In this document: piece after piece, positions 1-10,251 of the stretch
Position numbering within the stretch: position 1 is the stretch's first letter
Layout: each line of letters starts with the position of its first letter
Source: a virus
Taxonomy: Duplodnaviria > Caudoviricetes
IMG/VR virus record: IMGVR_UViG_3300010354_000080
Span: 1,546-65,545 of that record
DNA: 64,000 bases
Direction: 5' to 3' (one strand)
Program-made: the position numbers and the translations under genes
The notes under the pieces: model-generated
Told to the model about the DNA's origin: nothing
Databases searched by the model: none
Seen by the model: the letters and a program-made list of their open reading frames with translations, nothing else

Positions 1-2
1 AA

Positions 3-101
3 TCCACCGCGGTTCCGCAGAGCCCTCAGTCCCTCGTTCGTAAGCAGGAGATTCTTGAGGGTATCACCTACTTCCAGACTGCTTCCCTAATCCTCGGCTG
101 A
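3..101 (+). CDS. 3' end of an upstream gene (partial, unknown, probably structural)
   Basis: Open frame from the window edge (..STAVPQSPQSLVRKQEILEGITYFQTASLILG*), TGA at 99-101, 2 nt before the next ATG. Confidence 0.55.
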   Translation, partial: STAVPQSPQSLVRKQEILEGITYFQTASLILG

Positions 102-103
102 TT

Positions 104-475
104 ATGACCTACCCAGTAAATAATTTCTACTCATCGACATACAGCAACGTCTCCGCGAACGCTGCGTCGGCCACGACTATCTTCGATAGTTCTCTCATTC
201 CGGCCAACGGTTACGCTATGATTCTCTCCGTGATCGTTGCCAATAAGTCCCAGACCACTCGTGGTTTGAATGTAACCCTCCAGAAGTCAGGTAGTGCCAC
301 TTCCGCCCATCTTCTGTACGACGTAGCGGTTCCCTCACAGACCTCATTCGAGGTTATCGACGGGAATAAATTTGTGCTTCAGCGTAATGACACCCTGCGT
401 GCTTGGGCGGATTCCAGTGGAGCTAACTCCGTGGACATCGTGGTGTCCTACGTCATCTACACTCCAGCGAGCTGA
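104..475 (+). CDS. small virion/tail-associated protein
   Basis: 123 aa beta-rich ORF (VIVANKS...VAVPSQTSFEVIDGNKFVLQRNDTL); resembles small proteins found beside tail-fibre genes in aquatic phages. Confidence 0.6.
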   Translation: MTYPVNNFYSSTYSNVSANAASATTIFDSSLIPANGYAMILSVIVANKSQTTRGLNVTLQKSGSATSAHLLYDVAVPSQTSFEVIDGNKFVLQRNDTLRAWADSSGANSVDIVVSYVIYTPAS

Positions 476-484
476 GGTTAAAAA

Positions 485-2824
485 ATGAGATATATAGGTC
501 GTACACAGACATCCACTTTGGTCCAGGTGGATCCAGATAGGAACTCCTATGTTAACGTAAAGTCATTTGGGGCTGCGGGCTTGGACGAGTACTTTGAGGG
601 ACGGGTGCGGGGACTGAACGGCAACGGAGGGGTTATCAGTATCGGTGATATCCCGAACTACTCGCAGTATGAGCGGGATTACTTTCAGCTTGGTCAGGAA
701 CTATACGTCTTCTTCTACCTCGATACGTCCACTCCTCCCGTCGGCGAGTACGATGGCATCTTCACTAACGTAGGAACTCCCGAGGGCGTGGGTACTGTTG
801 TCCAGGCGGGTACCGCCACTAGTAAGACACTTCGGTATTACGTTTACGCCTTCAACGTTGTTAGCGGGCGTTTTTCCCCATATGTTAAAACATTCACCCT
901 TCCGGATGTTTACCGTAACCCTCAGACTCAATTCGACGAGGATAATTACGTAAGATTCACTCTCAACCGTGCTACGCCAGAGTGGATTCCCGTCATCTAC
1001 AGGCAGTGGGGAACGGAATCTCCTAAATTCCTTGGAGCTCCGAGCAATAATATCTTTGGCAGTAATTCCTCCATCACATTCAATGACCGCGGATCGACTC
1101 AGATCCCCTCGTGGGACGAGGCGCGTATCAACGGTGGAGAATTTAGCCCGGAGTTTCTAAACGGAATCATCTCGGTGTCGTCCGGAATTGTTAGCTCTAA
1201 GACCATCATCGTGAAGAGAAGGCTCAAGATCCTAAGCCGAAGCATCTCCGGGATTCTGGAGTGCTCGGACGCCGCATCGCCAACCGGAGTTTTCACGGGT
1301 CTGGACAGCACTTCGATCAAAGTGAAGTTCAAATTTGACGATACCGCACCTTTCCAGAAAGCTCTGGATTTTGCCGCTACGAACAACGTAAAGGATGTTT
1401 TTGTTCCAGCAGGCACCTATCAGATACGTAACGTAACCCTCTACAGTTCTCTCATCCCGGCCAGCCAATATAGTGGCATTGTTATTAGAGGCTCCGGCGA
1501 TTCCTCGGTTCTTAAGCGCATGCCCACGCATGTTAGCCCAGAGGGAGAATTTGGGTTGATTGGTATTCTAGGCTCCGGAGTGACCAATCGTATCTCCGGA
1601 GTAACGGTTCGCGATCTCGCCTTCGACGGGAACAAAACCGAAACATTCCCCATCAACCTTCCGGAGAACGATACCTACGGAGTGGGCGACAAATACCACG
1701 ACTCTCTCGCCCTTGAGTACGCTGATGGTATCCGCATCTCTAACTGTGCATTCTACAACGGAGCAGGAGCAGCGGTATACTCTCTGGATTCGGATAAGAT
1801 CAATTTCACGGACAACCGCGTATTCGAGCTCTCCAAGCCCTACGAGCTCAACATTCCACCTATCAAGATCCGCGAATCGAGTCGAATCATTGCCCAGGGC
1901 AACCTCTTCCAGAACTGCTCCGGTGCGGTGGATTTCACCGGTATCGATGCCTCTCTTATCAACAACAATATCATCGATAACTGCGGAGAGACGGGCCTTC
2001 AACTCAATGCTTCCGACACCTGGAACGCTCAGGGTAACTTGACCTTCAACGAGTCGGGGTCGATTATCCGCACAGTCGACTTGTACCAGAACGAGTACAG
2101 CCGAGTTAGCCTGGATGTTAAACGCGGAGTCGCTATGACGCCTATGTACTTCACCGTAACTGATGGCGGATTCCCAGTGGCGATCTCTCCTGGCTCGATT
2201 ACAGCCCGTGTGTACCCACTCAACTCATCGTACCAGTACAATACCACAGCCACAGCTTCCTATCTCCAGGTTGTTGAGAATCGTCCTCAGCTCGAGGCTG
2301 GTATCTTTGGTATCACCGCTCCAGTAACATCTATTACTGGATCCGGTAATTCCAACCAGGGTAGAGCCATCAGAGGAACCGGTTCCTACGATCTCCTGAA
2401 ACCCGATGGGTCAGGCACCGCGAACTACGGTTACGGATATAGAATCACAGCTACAGTGACCCTAGGAAGATACGCCATAGACCGTATCGCCTACGCCTCC
2501 GCTTCCACTGTTAAGATTTTCTTCCGCAACTCCTCCGATATCCTCTCGCTGCTCTTCTTCGCGGCTGGGAACGCGTCCAATGATTCTATCAAAACGACCG
2601 GTATCGGAGTAACGGGCGCTGATCTTGCTAACTGGGCGGACAATACAAATCTCACGGTTACGGACGTCGACACAAGTAACTCTGCAATTGTGATCGCTAC
2701 CCCCTCCACAGTGGCGAACAAATTCACATCCAGCAGCGACGTGTATTCCACTCCGACTGGATATCTCGGCCTCGTAAAGAACAACTACTTCATCGCTGAC
2801 GGTAACATCTACGTCTCGGAGTGA
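485..2824 (+). CDS. tailspike-like protein with right-handed parallel beta-helix (pectate-lyase-like)
   Basis: YVNVKSFGAAG, DDTAPFQKALD, VFVPAGTY, VRDLAFDGN motifs, then Asn/Ile-rich beta-helix rungs; SD-like GAGG upstream. Confidence 0.75.
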   Translation: MRYIGRTQTSTLVQVDPDRNSYVNVKSFGAAGLDEYFEGRVRGLNGNGGVISIGDIPNYSQYERDYFQLGQELYVFFYLDTSTPPVGEYDGIFTNVGTPEGVGTVVQAGTATSKTLRYYVYAFNVVSGRFSPYVKTFTLPDVYRNPQTQFDEDNYVRFTLNRATPEWIPVIYRQWGTESPKFLGAPSNNIFGSNSSITFNDRGSTQIPSWDEARINGGEFSPEFLNGIISVSSGIVSSKTIIVKRRLKILSRSISGILECSDAASPTGVFTGLDSTSIKVKFKFDDTAPFQKALDFAATNNVKDVFVPAGTYQIRNVTLYSSLIPASQYSGIVIRGSGDSSVLKRMPTHVSPEGEFGLIGILGSGVTNRISGVTVRDLAFDGNKTETFPINLPENDTYGVGDKYHDSLALEYADGIRISNCAFYNGAGAAVYSLDSDKINFTDNRVFELSKPYELNIPPIKIRESSRIIAQGNLFQNCSGAVDFTGIDASLINNNIIDNCGETGLQLNASDTWNAQGNLTFNESGSIIRTVDLYQNEYSRVSLDVKRGVAMTPMYFTVTDGGFPVAISPGSITARVYPLNSSYQYNTTATASYLQVVENRPQLEAGIFGITAPVTSITGSGNSNQGRAIRGTGSYDLLKPDGSGTANYGYGYRITATVTLGRYAIDRIAYASASTVKIFFRNSSDILSLLFFAAGNASNDSIKTTGIGVTGADLANWADNTNLTVTDVDTSNSAIVIATPSTVANKFTSSSDVYSTPTGYLGLVKNNYFIADGNIYVSE

Positions 2825-2846
2825 TGGGACTCTAACATAATCTCTA

Positions 2847-2878
2847 GGCCAGGAAGGGGATTCCTTCCTGGCTTTTTT
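2847..2878 (+). terminator. intrinsic terminator
   Basis: GCCAGGAAGG-ggatt-CCTTCCTGGC followed by TTTTTT. Confidence 0.85.
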
Positions 2879-2896
2879 GTTGTTTGGCCAAGGCGT

Positions 2897-2904
2897 GTTT
2901 AAAG
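2897..2904 (+). promoter_or_regulatory. putative phage late promoter GTTTAAAG
   Basis: Recurrent intergenic 8-mer, about 28 nt upstream of ATG 2932. Confidence 0.65.
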
Positions 2905-2931
2905 TACATACATATAGAGCATGCGTTTACA

Positions 2932-5900
2932 ATGGCATCAAAAGTCAGCGTCGGAAAAACTTCTCCGGTACCTCTAGGTCAACAACCAGCGGCAAACTCT
3001 CTTCCTGTTGTATTTGCGGAAGACCAGGCCCCGATTCCTGTTGAGGAACAGAATAAGATTCAATCGGAGGTGGCTCTAAGCCTTCTCGGTATCCCCCGTT
3101 CCGAAGTTGCACTCGGTATATTTGCAGACGTTAACACTTACGATGTAAACCCATCAGAGTGGGCGCAGTTCCCTCTGGAGAACACTCCCGACGCAAGCGG
3201 AGAGGGCATTGACTACGGCGTCGAGCACGTCCCCGACGAAGCGGGTGCTAGATTGGTTGCTCCAGACGGTAAGACCGCAGTGCTAACGTCGAAGCGATTC
3301 TTCCGCTACCAGCCTGGACGTGTTTCCGCCTCCACTATGGGTGTGAAGATGAACACCACCCGCGATCCGGAGGCCCAAGCCGCGGCTCTCCAAGCCAAGA
3401 TGAAAGGTGCCCCCTCCATCAAGAAGTGGGGTATCTTCGATAAGTTCGATGGTTACTACTTCGAGATCGTAAACGCTGGAAAGGGTAACGACTTTCGTTG
3501 CGTTCGTCGTACCCAGGCTATTATCCCCTCCGAGCCTTCCGGCTACTCCGGCTCCCTAAGCTGGTTCACTAACGGCGACGACAATACATTCAATACCGCC
3601 ACCAATTTCGGTGTAGCTGGTGTGGATCCAGTAATTGTTAGAGATGGTCTAGTGTATACCGCTGCAGCGATCTACGATCCTTCACTTGTGTACGCGCCAG
3701 CCGACGTTGCTACTATTGACTCCGCTAATGACCCCTCTGGAGCTCTGAAGAATTACCAACCCGACTCTGGGTATGCTGTTAGACTGGCAACCTACGATGG
3801 AACAACCTGGTCGGAAGTGATGACCGATCGTAAGTTCCAGTTCCCCTTCGACCAGTCCAAGACTGTCTCCCTGAGCCCTGAGAACACTTCTCTGGAGCGC
3901 GGGTATATCCGCATGGACGCCCACTGTAACTTCTACCAGATCATCTCCAACCTCAACCGTAAAGCCTCTTACAACACTTTTCCGTCAGATAAAACCTCTC
4001 TGGAATCCTCCCAGTGGGGAGTAGCTGGTAGCTCTATCAGCTCCTACGACTCCAATATTGTTGCGAATACCTGGGACACCACTCCATCAACAGCAAATCA
4101 AGAGAAGAAAGTCTGGCACCTGATGGTTAATACTCAGGGCACAGCTTCAGGGTACAGAATCACCGACGCACAACATAACGCATCTCCTAATCTCCCTTCC
4201 GGGGTTAAGGCACGCACTGTGTCCAATGGTAATGTAACGCTCAAGGAGTGGTTTAACATCTGCGTTCCCAAGCCCTACCGTATGGTGTACGAGTGGAGGC
4301 CGTGTAGAGCAATGTTCTCAGGCGACAAACTTGACGGCGCTGAGTCCGTGGTACGCTGGAGCGATGTGAACACTGCCGCCGAAGACACCACCGTGGGTGG
4401 TGGTTCCGTAATCAACCTCCCCGGCCAGAAGATCAAAACCGCGAATAATGAGGACCTGACCACCGTCTCCGCCTACGACATCGACTTTACAAAGGTGACC
4501 ATGTGGAAGATCGAGTTCTCTTGGTACGGTGCCGTTGGTGCTATCTTCCTCTGCTACGTCCCCGTAGGCAACAATGAGGCCCGCTGGGTACGAGTCCACC
4601 ATATCCGAGCCTCGAATCAGCACTCGGTGGCTTCGCTTGGTAACGCCACCCTCCCCATCACCTACCTCACACACGGTGGTCCAGAGAGTGGCCTGGAGTC
4701 TACAGATATTGGAAACACTCTTGTTAAGTACGGTGCTTCCTACTACATCGATGGTGGAGACAAAGGTACCGTTCGCCTGCTCTCCAAGGCCTCCGATTTC
4801 CCCCGCGAGGTCCCCAAAGGTTTCTATGATTTCACCGCTAATAACTGGGTGAGAACCTCGGCGTCAGAGCTGACCTATTCGGTCACGACTCATCCTAATG
4901 TAGCTGGTGGGGTGGCCGTTGGTCTGATGGGAGCCTATCTCGCCTCTGACTCCACCGCCAAGGTTAAGTGGGTGACTCAGAGTGGTGATAATATCACTCT
5001 TCACTTCTCCACATCATCCCTTCCGGCTTCCGCGGCCACGGGTGTGAGACTTGTGATCCCGAGGGCTCAGCGCTCCCTGCTCACGGTTCGCGCCAAGGAC
5101 TTCATCTATAACAGAGACGGTAAGCCGGTTCGTAACCGCTTGCAGATCTATCCTATCAAGTACGGTGCTGGTGTAACCGGAGGTACTTCCGGCGAGCTTC
5201 TTACCCTGAGAGCCGTAAAGAACCCGCTCTTCATCGTAACTAATACCTCTACAAGCCTGGGAACAAGCGTGGCGTACACGGGAGCGACTATCGTTCGCGA
5301 TCCCGTAACCACTACCAACCAGTACGTAAACACCAAAAACTCCACCCTTCCCGTGCAAGTTGGTTTTGCCACTCCTCCCGCTCTTGATATCGGTAAGTAC
5401 CGTTACGGATATTTCCTAGGAACAACCTCCCAATCCACCGCTTCCACCGGCTGGACCGTGGGAACCACTTCCCCATCCGCCTACACTCCGATCCTCGGCA
5501 AGCTCTTCAGGACTTCAGCCGGATACTTCTTCGAGAAGTTCTTCTCCTATCCTGAGGATACCTATATCGTAGGACTGTTTATCCCAGAGCGTCACCTTAC
5601 AATTAGCTCGGCAGGAGTGTTTTCCGAGCAGACCCTCAGCGCAGGCTCCGGTGTCCTTGGCTCATCCGCCTCCACTGACCAGACCAAGTGGAATCGCCTG
5701 GAGACCGATGGCCTCGCTACCTGGGAGGACATCACTCGCCTCTCCGGAGTTCAGATCGCCCAGGACTTAGACCTGACCCCCATCGCCGATACCGGCAACG
5801 AGATCCTCTCCTACTACGCCAATGCCGGAGGCTACCAGTTCGACCTTCAGGACTACTTCGCCTACAACAAAGAGTACCTCTCCTTTCCTCTCACCGACGA

Positions 5901-6018
5901 GGTGGACATCATCAACCTCCAGGGGCACTACGACATCTCCGCCCAGGCCCTAGGCTCCGCCACTCCGGGTTCCTCTCCATTTAAAGTCAATAATGCCCTG
6001 ACCTGGGAGGAGCAGTGA
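2932..6018 (+). CDS. large virion structural protein (cyanophage-type)
   Basis: Start moved to ATG 2932 (MASKVS), downstream of the promoter motif; motifs SEVALSLLGIPR, TSKRFFRYQPGR, KIEFSWYGAVGA, KYGASYYIDGGD; ends TWEEQ. Confidence 0.75.
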   Translation: MASKVSVGKTSPVPLGQQPAANSLPVVFAEDQAPIPVEEQNKIQSEVALSLLGIPRSEVALGIFADVNTYDVNPSEWAQFPLENTPDASGEGIDYGVEHVPDEAGARLVAPDGKTAVLTSKRFFRYQPGRVSASTMGVKMNTTRDPEAQAAALQAKMKGAPSIKKWGIFDKFDGYYFEIVNAGKGNDFRCVRRTQAIIPSEPSGYSGSLSWFTNGDDNTFNTATNFGVAGVDPVIVRDGLVYTAAAIYDPSLVYAPADVATIDSANDPSGALKNYQPDSGYAVRLATYDGTTWSEVMTDRKFQFPFDQSKTVSLSPENTSLERGYIRMDAHCNFYQIISNLNRKASYNTFPSDKTSLESSQWGVAGSSISSYDSNIVANTWDTTPSTANQEKKVWHLMVNTQGTASGYRITDAQHNASPNLPSGVKARTVSNGNVTLKEWFNICVPKPYRMVYEWRPCRAMFSGDKLDGAESVVRWSDVNTAAEDTTVGGGSVINLPGQKIKTANNEDLTTVSAYDIDFTKVTMWKIEFSWYGAVGAIFLCYVPVGNNEARWVRVHHIRASNQHSVASLGNATLPITYLTHGGPESGLESTDIGNTLVKYGASYYIDGGDKGTVRLLSKASDFPREVPKGFYDFTANNWVRTSASELTYSVTTHPNVAGGVAVGLMGAYLASDSTAKVKWVTQSGDNITLHFSTSSLPASAATGVRLVIPRAQRSLLTVRAKDFIYNRDGKPVRNRLQIYPIKYGAGVTGGTSGELLTLRAVKNPLFIVTNTSTSLGTSVAYTGATIVRDPVTTTNQYVNTKNSTLPVQVGFATPPALDIGKYRYGYFLGTTSQSTASTGWTVGTTSPSAYTPILGKLFRTSAGYFFEKFFSYPEDTYIVGLFIPERHLTISSAGVFSEQTLSAGSGVLGSSASTDQTKWNRLETDGLATWEDITRLSGVQIAQDLDLTPIADTGNEILSYYANAGGYQFDLQDYFAYNKEYLSFPLTDEVDIINLQGHYDISAQALGSATPGSSPFKVNNALTWEEQ

Positions 6019-6024
6019 TTCCTC

Positions 6025-9000
6025 ATGGCTCAGTACCGCATCAAAGCCCAGAAGACGGGCGTTAGGACCTACGAGAAAGAGCTACAGATGATCAGCTATC
6101 GGGGAAGTGCGCTCTTCTCCGATGAGGGTAACACACTGATCTCAAGAAAGGATGTATACTACCCACCCGATTACCTCTCCAAGGGATCGGTTGCGGTGGT
6201 TGCGGATCCCGAATCTTATAAGAAAGACGGTCTGTCAATCCAGAACATCTACAGCAAGGGCCGGCCAGCGGCTCTTCCCATCGAGGAGCAGTTTGCCGAG
6301 CAAAGCGCTGTTAGCCGCTCGCTGCTCGGTATAGACCGCGGAGAAACGCAGCAGGGTATTTTTGACGATGTTAGTTCGTACGGTCTGGATCGTAAGGACT
6401 GGGTTGTGTACTCTGGATGGACAGAGTGGGAGCAAGAGGACCACTGGGATAGTAAAAACTCCCCAGCCGGCCGTTACATCGCTGTTAGAGACAGGGACTA
6501 CTCTGAAGGATCCTCGATTATCATCGACTCCTACCCCACACCGTACACGAACCCTGGAAATCCTCCGGTATCTAATCGAATCGCCGGTATTACTAGCAAC
6601 CCCGGTCCAGGTTGGGGTCGCTATATTCAGTCACTTGTGGCTATGTACATTATCGAGTACATGGTCAATAATTTTACACAGGAGCAGAAGAACGCCTTCC
6701 GCCTTAATTTCCTAGAGCGTAAGTATCCCAAGAGGTCCGATGGGAAGTTTGACAGACTATACTGGGATCAGATCTGGCTCGATATAAATCAAGGTCGATT
6801 TGAATCAGCCGGTAATATACCTATAATTCCTCGGGGCACTCTAGTGAATTTTGCCCCTGAGCCTGGGCAGGATACCATCAACCTAGTTACCCTGTTCGGG
6901 GCCAATCTTCCCGCCGAAGAAGCTAGCGTTTCCGTAAACTTCAATAAGTTCTTCTTTGCTTCTACAAGATACACGTGGCGCGAGCCGGATCAGGGGCACT
7001 ACCGCATTGCCACCAACTCTAATCCAGAGCTCTGGAGCGAGTACTGGGGGATAGACTATAACTCATTGCCAGAAAACTTGAGAAACTGGGAGTTCCAAGT
7101 TTACACGTCCCAGAGCCAAGTACCGCAATTTGTTACAGACTACAAGCTACCGTACTTCTTAATCACCTCAACAACGCCATCCGAATCTCTGCTTTTTGGC
7201 CAGAGCTGGCCTCAGAGATACTCCGATGTCTCTGTTCCGCAGATATCCTCGCCTCTTGCCGACGGAAACCTTATCGGTGGGCGGGAGTCAAACTACGCGG
7301 TTATCACCCTAACCTCCATCAGAGCATTCCGTTATCAACCAGGCCGTATTAGCGCTTTCACTTACGGCGTTCGTATCTCCGAAGAGGGTGCGGGTCCTGG
7401 TTCGCTTCTCGAGTGGGGTGTTGAGAATTACACTGACGGTTATTTCTTTAGGCTTCAGGACGGAACGGACTTCTCTGTAGTGAGACGCTCCACGGTCCCT
7501 CTTGGCCAGACCGACCTTTTTATCGAAGCTCAATACAACGAGCGCGAAGCTTATATTTCCCAACTTACCGGCGTTGTTAGATACAAAGACCTTCTAACCG
7601 ACTCCGAAGTACTTCGCTTAGAACAGGAGGTACGCAATGGAGATACCACCAAGGTCTACGAGACGGTCATTCAGCAGAACCAGATGAATGGTGATGGCCT
7701 AAATGGCCAGGGCGAGAGTGGTTACATTTTCAACCCGGACACCGTAACCATGTACAAGATCGAGTTCGGATGGTACGGTGCTATCGGCGCTCGGTTCTAC
7801 ATGTATATTCCTCAGGAGAATGGCGAAGCCCGCTGGGTGACTGTGCACACGCTCATAATCGAGAACCAGATCGGCCAGCCTTGCCTTGAGGATCCGTTCT
7901 TCTTCTTCAAGTACCGAGTGTACGTTGACAGCCCAAGCAGATTGAGACTTCCTCAGTTTGTGGAGAAGTACGGTGCTTCGTACTACATCGATGGCGGTGA
8001 CGAGGGCACTGTCTCCCTTTCCAGTGGTAAAGCAACTAATCGTCTTGTGCCCTCTATCAGCTCGGACGCTGTCGAAGTTCCTATCTACGACTGGTCCAGT
8101 GTTCTAGGACTAAAGCCCAAACAGTATATCGTTAATACCGAGGGTAATTCCTTCCCTAATAAGAAAGAAGTGTTCCCGGTGTCCATGTCCGTGACATCCA
8201 CAACGGATGTAGAGGTGAAATTCATCAATCAGTACGGATGTAGGGAAAATGCATTTACCTTCCAGGAAGGATATACATGTGTCCTTCCAGAGGAACAGAG
8301 ACTGCGCGGAATATTCAGCATTAACAAGCTTCAGAAAAATGAGTCCACTCTTATCGCGCTTGGCCGTGATAAAGAGTCTCCTGTTCCAACACTGACTTAC
8401 GTTGGAGCCGATCCGACGTACCCTGAGGCCTCTAGCAATCTCGTAAGTGGGGGCTCTTTCATCGGTTGGGGGGCATACCAAAATTCGCTGATGGGGGCCC
8501 ACCTTGTGGGTAATAAAGTCTATGCCTCCTACGTGAATCCAACTCAGGAGTACAGTTCCGCACCTACAGGTATAAGTGGGCCCGAGGTTGTTATCCAAAG
8601 GGACATTAGGGACGACTTTTACTCTGGGCAATTTAAAAATCGTCCCTGGTCAAGCGCGGAGCTTCTTTTCAGATTCACGGAGAATGTCTCTCTAAAACTA
8701 TCCAGGTTCCGCAGAGATACCACACTTCTCTCCACTATTGATATCACAACAGACGAGTTCTACTTACTATTTACTCGCGTCACTCCACAATCGGCGGACT
8801 CCTACTCGCTAACCTGCGGGGTCGACAACGTTGAGTTTGGTTGTGATGGCAACCACTTTGGAGAGATGCAGATAGGTATTGTGTGGCCGCAGGAGAATCC
8901 CGCTTCCTACACGTATCCTAACTCTCTCGTCTCTAGATCAAGAGTTGGCCCTAACTTCGGAATTATCGATCCCAAGAACGCCACGGATCGTTCTGGGTTA

Positions 9001-10251
9001 AGCGCCGACAGTTTTGATGTTAGAGTGCTTGAGGACTCGGGAAATTACTACGTAGTAGATAAAACCGTGCCAAATAGCACGAATTATCGCTACTATGAAG
9101 GCCTTCCTGTAAACTTCGATTCCGATGAGATCAGAAATAACGTTCTCGCCGTTAATCAGGCCGCCTGGTTACACGTTGGAGACGGTGGTCTTGAGGTCGG
9201 AGAAGGACTCTGGGATTCCATGGGTCTTATTGATCACCAACTTCCGTCAGTCCCAGGAGCAGAGGGAGGTAGTTGCCACGCGTTGTATGGCAGAGCGGGT
9301 GAGATTAAGGAGCTAGCCTCATTTACTAACACTGGAGCTGACGGAGAAGTGGTTTCAGGCACTTACTATTTGTCCAAAACCTCCCCCTGGCCACAGGATC
9401 TGTGGTCATCGTCCAATACAATTTTTGTTGAGAGAGACTCTGATGGAGCGAGTATAACGGTAAGAACAACTGCGGGTGTTGCTCAGCAGTCCTATACTCC
9501 CTCAGGAACTAACGTAAGGCTCTTCCTACTTCCAGTTGTAATCGTTACGGGCTCCGCGCTTAGTAACGATACCCAGATCACCGCAAAATATAGAGCCATT
9601 GCTCTATATGTTCCCAATCTGCTCCGGCCTGACGGAAGGCTGATTACACAGAAGATTGTTGGCCAGAATCTCTTCCCCATCCGCTTCTTTGTTAGGATGA
9701 GAGAGGGAGCTAAGATCGGCGGTATGAGCGTGGGTCAAGTGACTCCCAACGGCATTATCCAGTCCCCATTTACTCCCCACGGTTGTACTCTTAGCGTCAA
9801 TAACATTGACGACGAGCCCGATCGCCACGACGGAGGAGCTTCAGACGAGACCAACTCGGCGAAGAAATCGATGATTGCCTACAGTCATCCTGGTACTCTT
9901 ACCTCCGCCGAGTACTCGTACTACGATGTAAGTGGTGCTACAGGACTCGATAGGCGCAAGAAGTGCTCTAGCTTTATCAGCAATAATATCCTCTCTGGAG
10001 CTGGATTCTCCGGCACTGGAGACTACCCGGTACGTTGGCTGGAGTTTAAAGAATCAGGAGATCCTATCGCATCGTTCTTTGTATCGGCTAACAAACCTAC
10101 AGAGATCGATCTCTCCGACATCTTCAACATCAACACCGAGTCTATCGGTCCCAGCTTCTGGGGCAATAAAGCCCTATTCATGATCGCTCGCAATCTCTCC
10201 ACCGGGGTGAATGGGACGATGTCCGTAACGCTCAACTACAAGGAACAGTAA
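6025..10251 (+). CDS. large virion structural protein, paralogue of the upstream gene
   Basis: 1408 aa; shares SRSLLGIDR, RAFRYQPGRIS, KIEFGWYGAIGA, KYGASYYIDGGD and a C-terminal xxEQ with 2932-6018. Confidence 0.75.
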   Translation: MAQYRIKAQKTGVRTYEKELQMISYRGSALFSDEGNTLISRKDVYYPPDYLSKGSVAVVADPESYKKDGLSIQNIYSKGRPAALPIEEQFAEQSAVSRSLLGIDRGETQQGIFDDVSSYGLDRKDWVVYSGWTEWEQEDHWDSKNSPAGRYIAVRDRDYSEGSSIIIDSYPTPYTNPGNPPVSNRIAGITSNPGPGWGRYIQSLVAMYIIEYMVNNFTQEQKNAFRLNFLERKYPKRSDGKFDRLYWDQIWLDINQGRFESAGNIPIIPRGTLVNFAPEPGQDTINLVTLFGANLPAEEASVSVNFNKFFFASTRYTWREPDQGHYRIATNSNPELWSEYWGIDYNSLPENLRNWEFQVYTSQSQVPQFVTDYKLPYFLITSTTPSESLLFGQSWPQRYSDVSVPQISSPLADGNLIGGRESNYAVITLTSIRAFRYQPGRISAFTYGVRISEEGAGPGSLLEWGVENYTDGYFFRLQDGTDFSVVRRSTVPLGQTDLFIEAQYNEREAYISQLTGVVRYKDLLTDSEVLRLEQEVRNGDTTKVYETVIQQNQMNGDGLNGQGESGYIFNPDTVTMYKIEFGWYGAIGARFYMYIPQENGEARWVTVHTLIIENQIGQPCLEDPFFFFKYRVYVDSPSRLRLPQFVEKYGASYYIDGGDEGTVSLSSGKATNRLVPSISSDAVEVPIYDWSSVLGLKPKQYIVNTEGNSFPNKKEVFPVSMSVTSTTDVEVKFINQYGCRENAFTFQEGYTCVLPEEQRLRGIFSINKLQKNESTLIALGRDKESPVPTLTYVGADPTYPEASSNLVSGGSFIGWGAYQNSLMGAHLVGNKVYASYVNPTQEYSSAPTGISGPEVVIQRDIRDDFYSGQFKNRPWSSAELLFRFTENVSLKLSRFRRDTTLLSTIDITTDEFYLLFTRVTPQSADSYSLTCGVDNVEFGCDGNHFGEMQIGIVWPQENPASYTYPNSLVSRSRVGPNFGIIDPKNATDRSGLSADSFDVRVLEDSGNYYVVDKTVPNSTNYRYYEGLPVNFDSDEIRNNVLAVNQAAWLHVGDGGLEVGEGLWDSMGLIDHQLPSVPGAEGGSCHALYGRAGEIKELASFTNTGADGEVVSGTYYLSKTSPWPQDLWSSSNTIFVERDSDGASITVRTTAGVAQQSYTPSGTNVRLFLLPVVIVTGSALSNDTQITAKYRAIALYVPNLLRPDGRLITQKIVGQNLFPIRFFVRMREGAKIGGMSVGQVTPNGIIQSPFTPHGCTLSVNNIDDEPDRHDGGASDETNSAKKSMIAYSHPGTLTSAEYSYYDVSGATGLDRRKKCSSFISNNILSGAGFSGTGDYPVRWLEFKESGDPIASFFVSANKPTEIDLSDIFNINTESIGPSFWGNKALFMIARNLSTGVNGTMSVTLNYKEQ

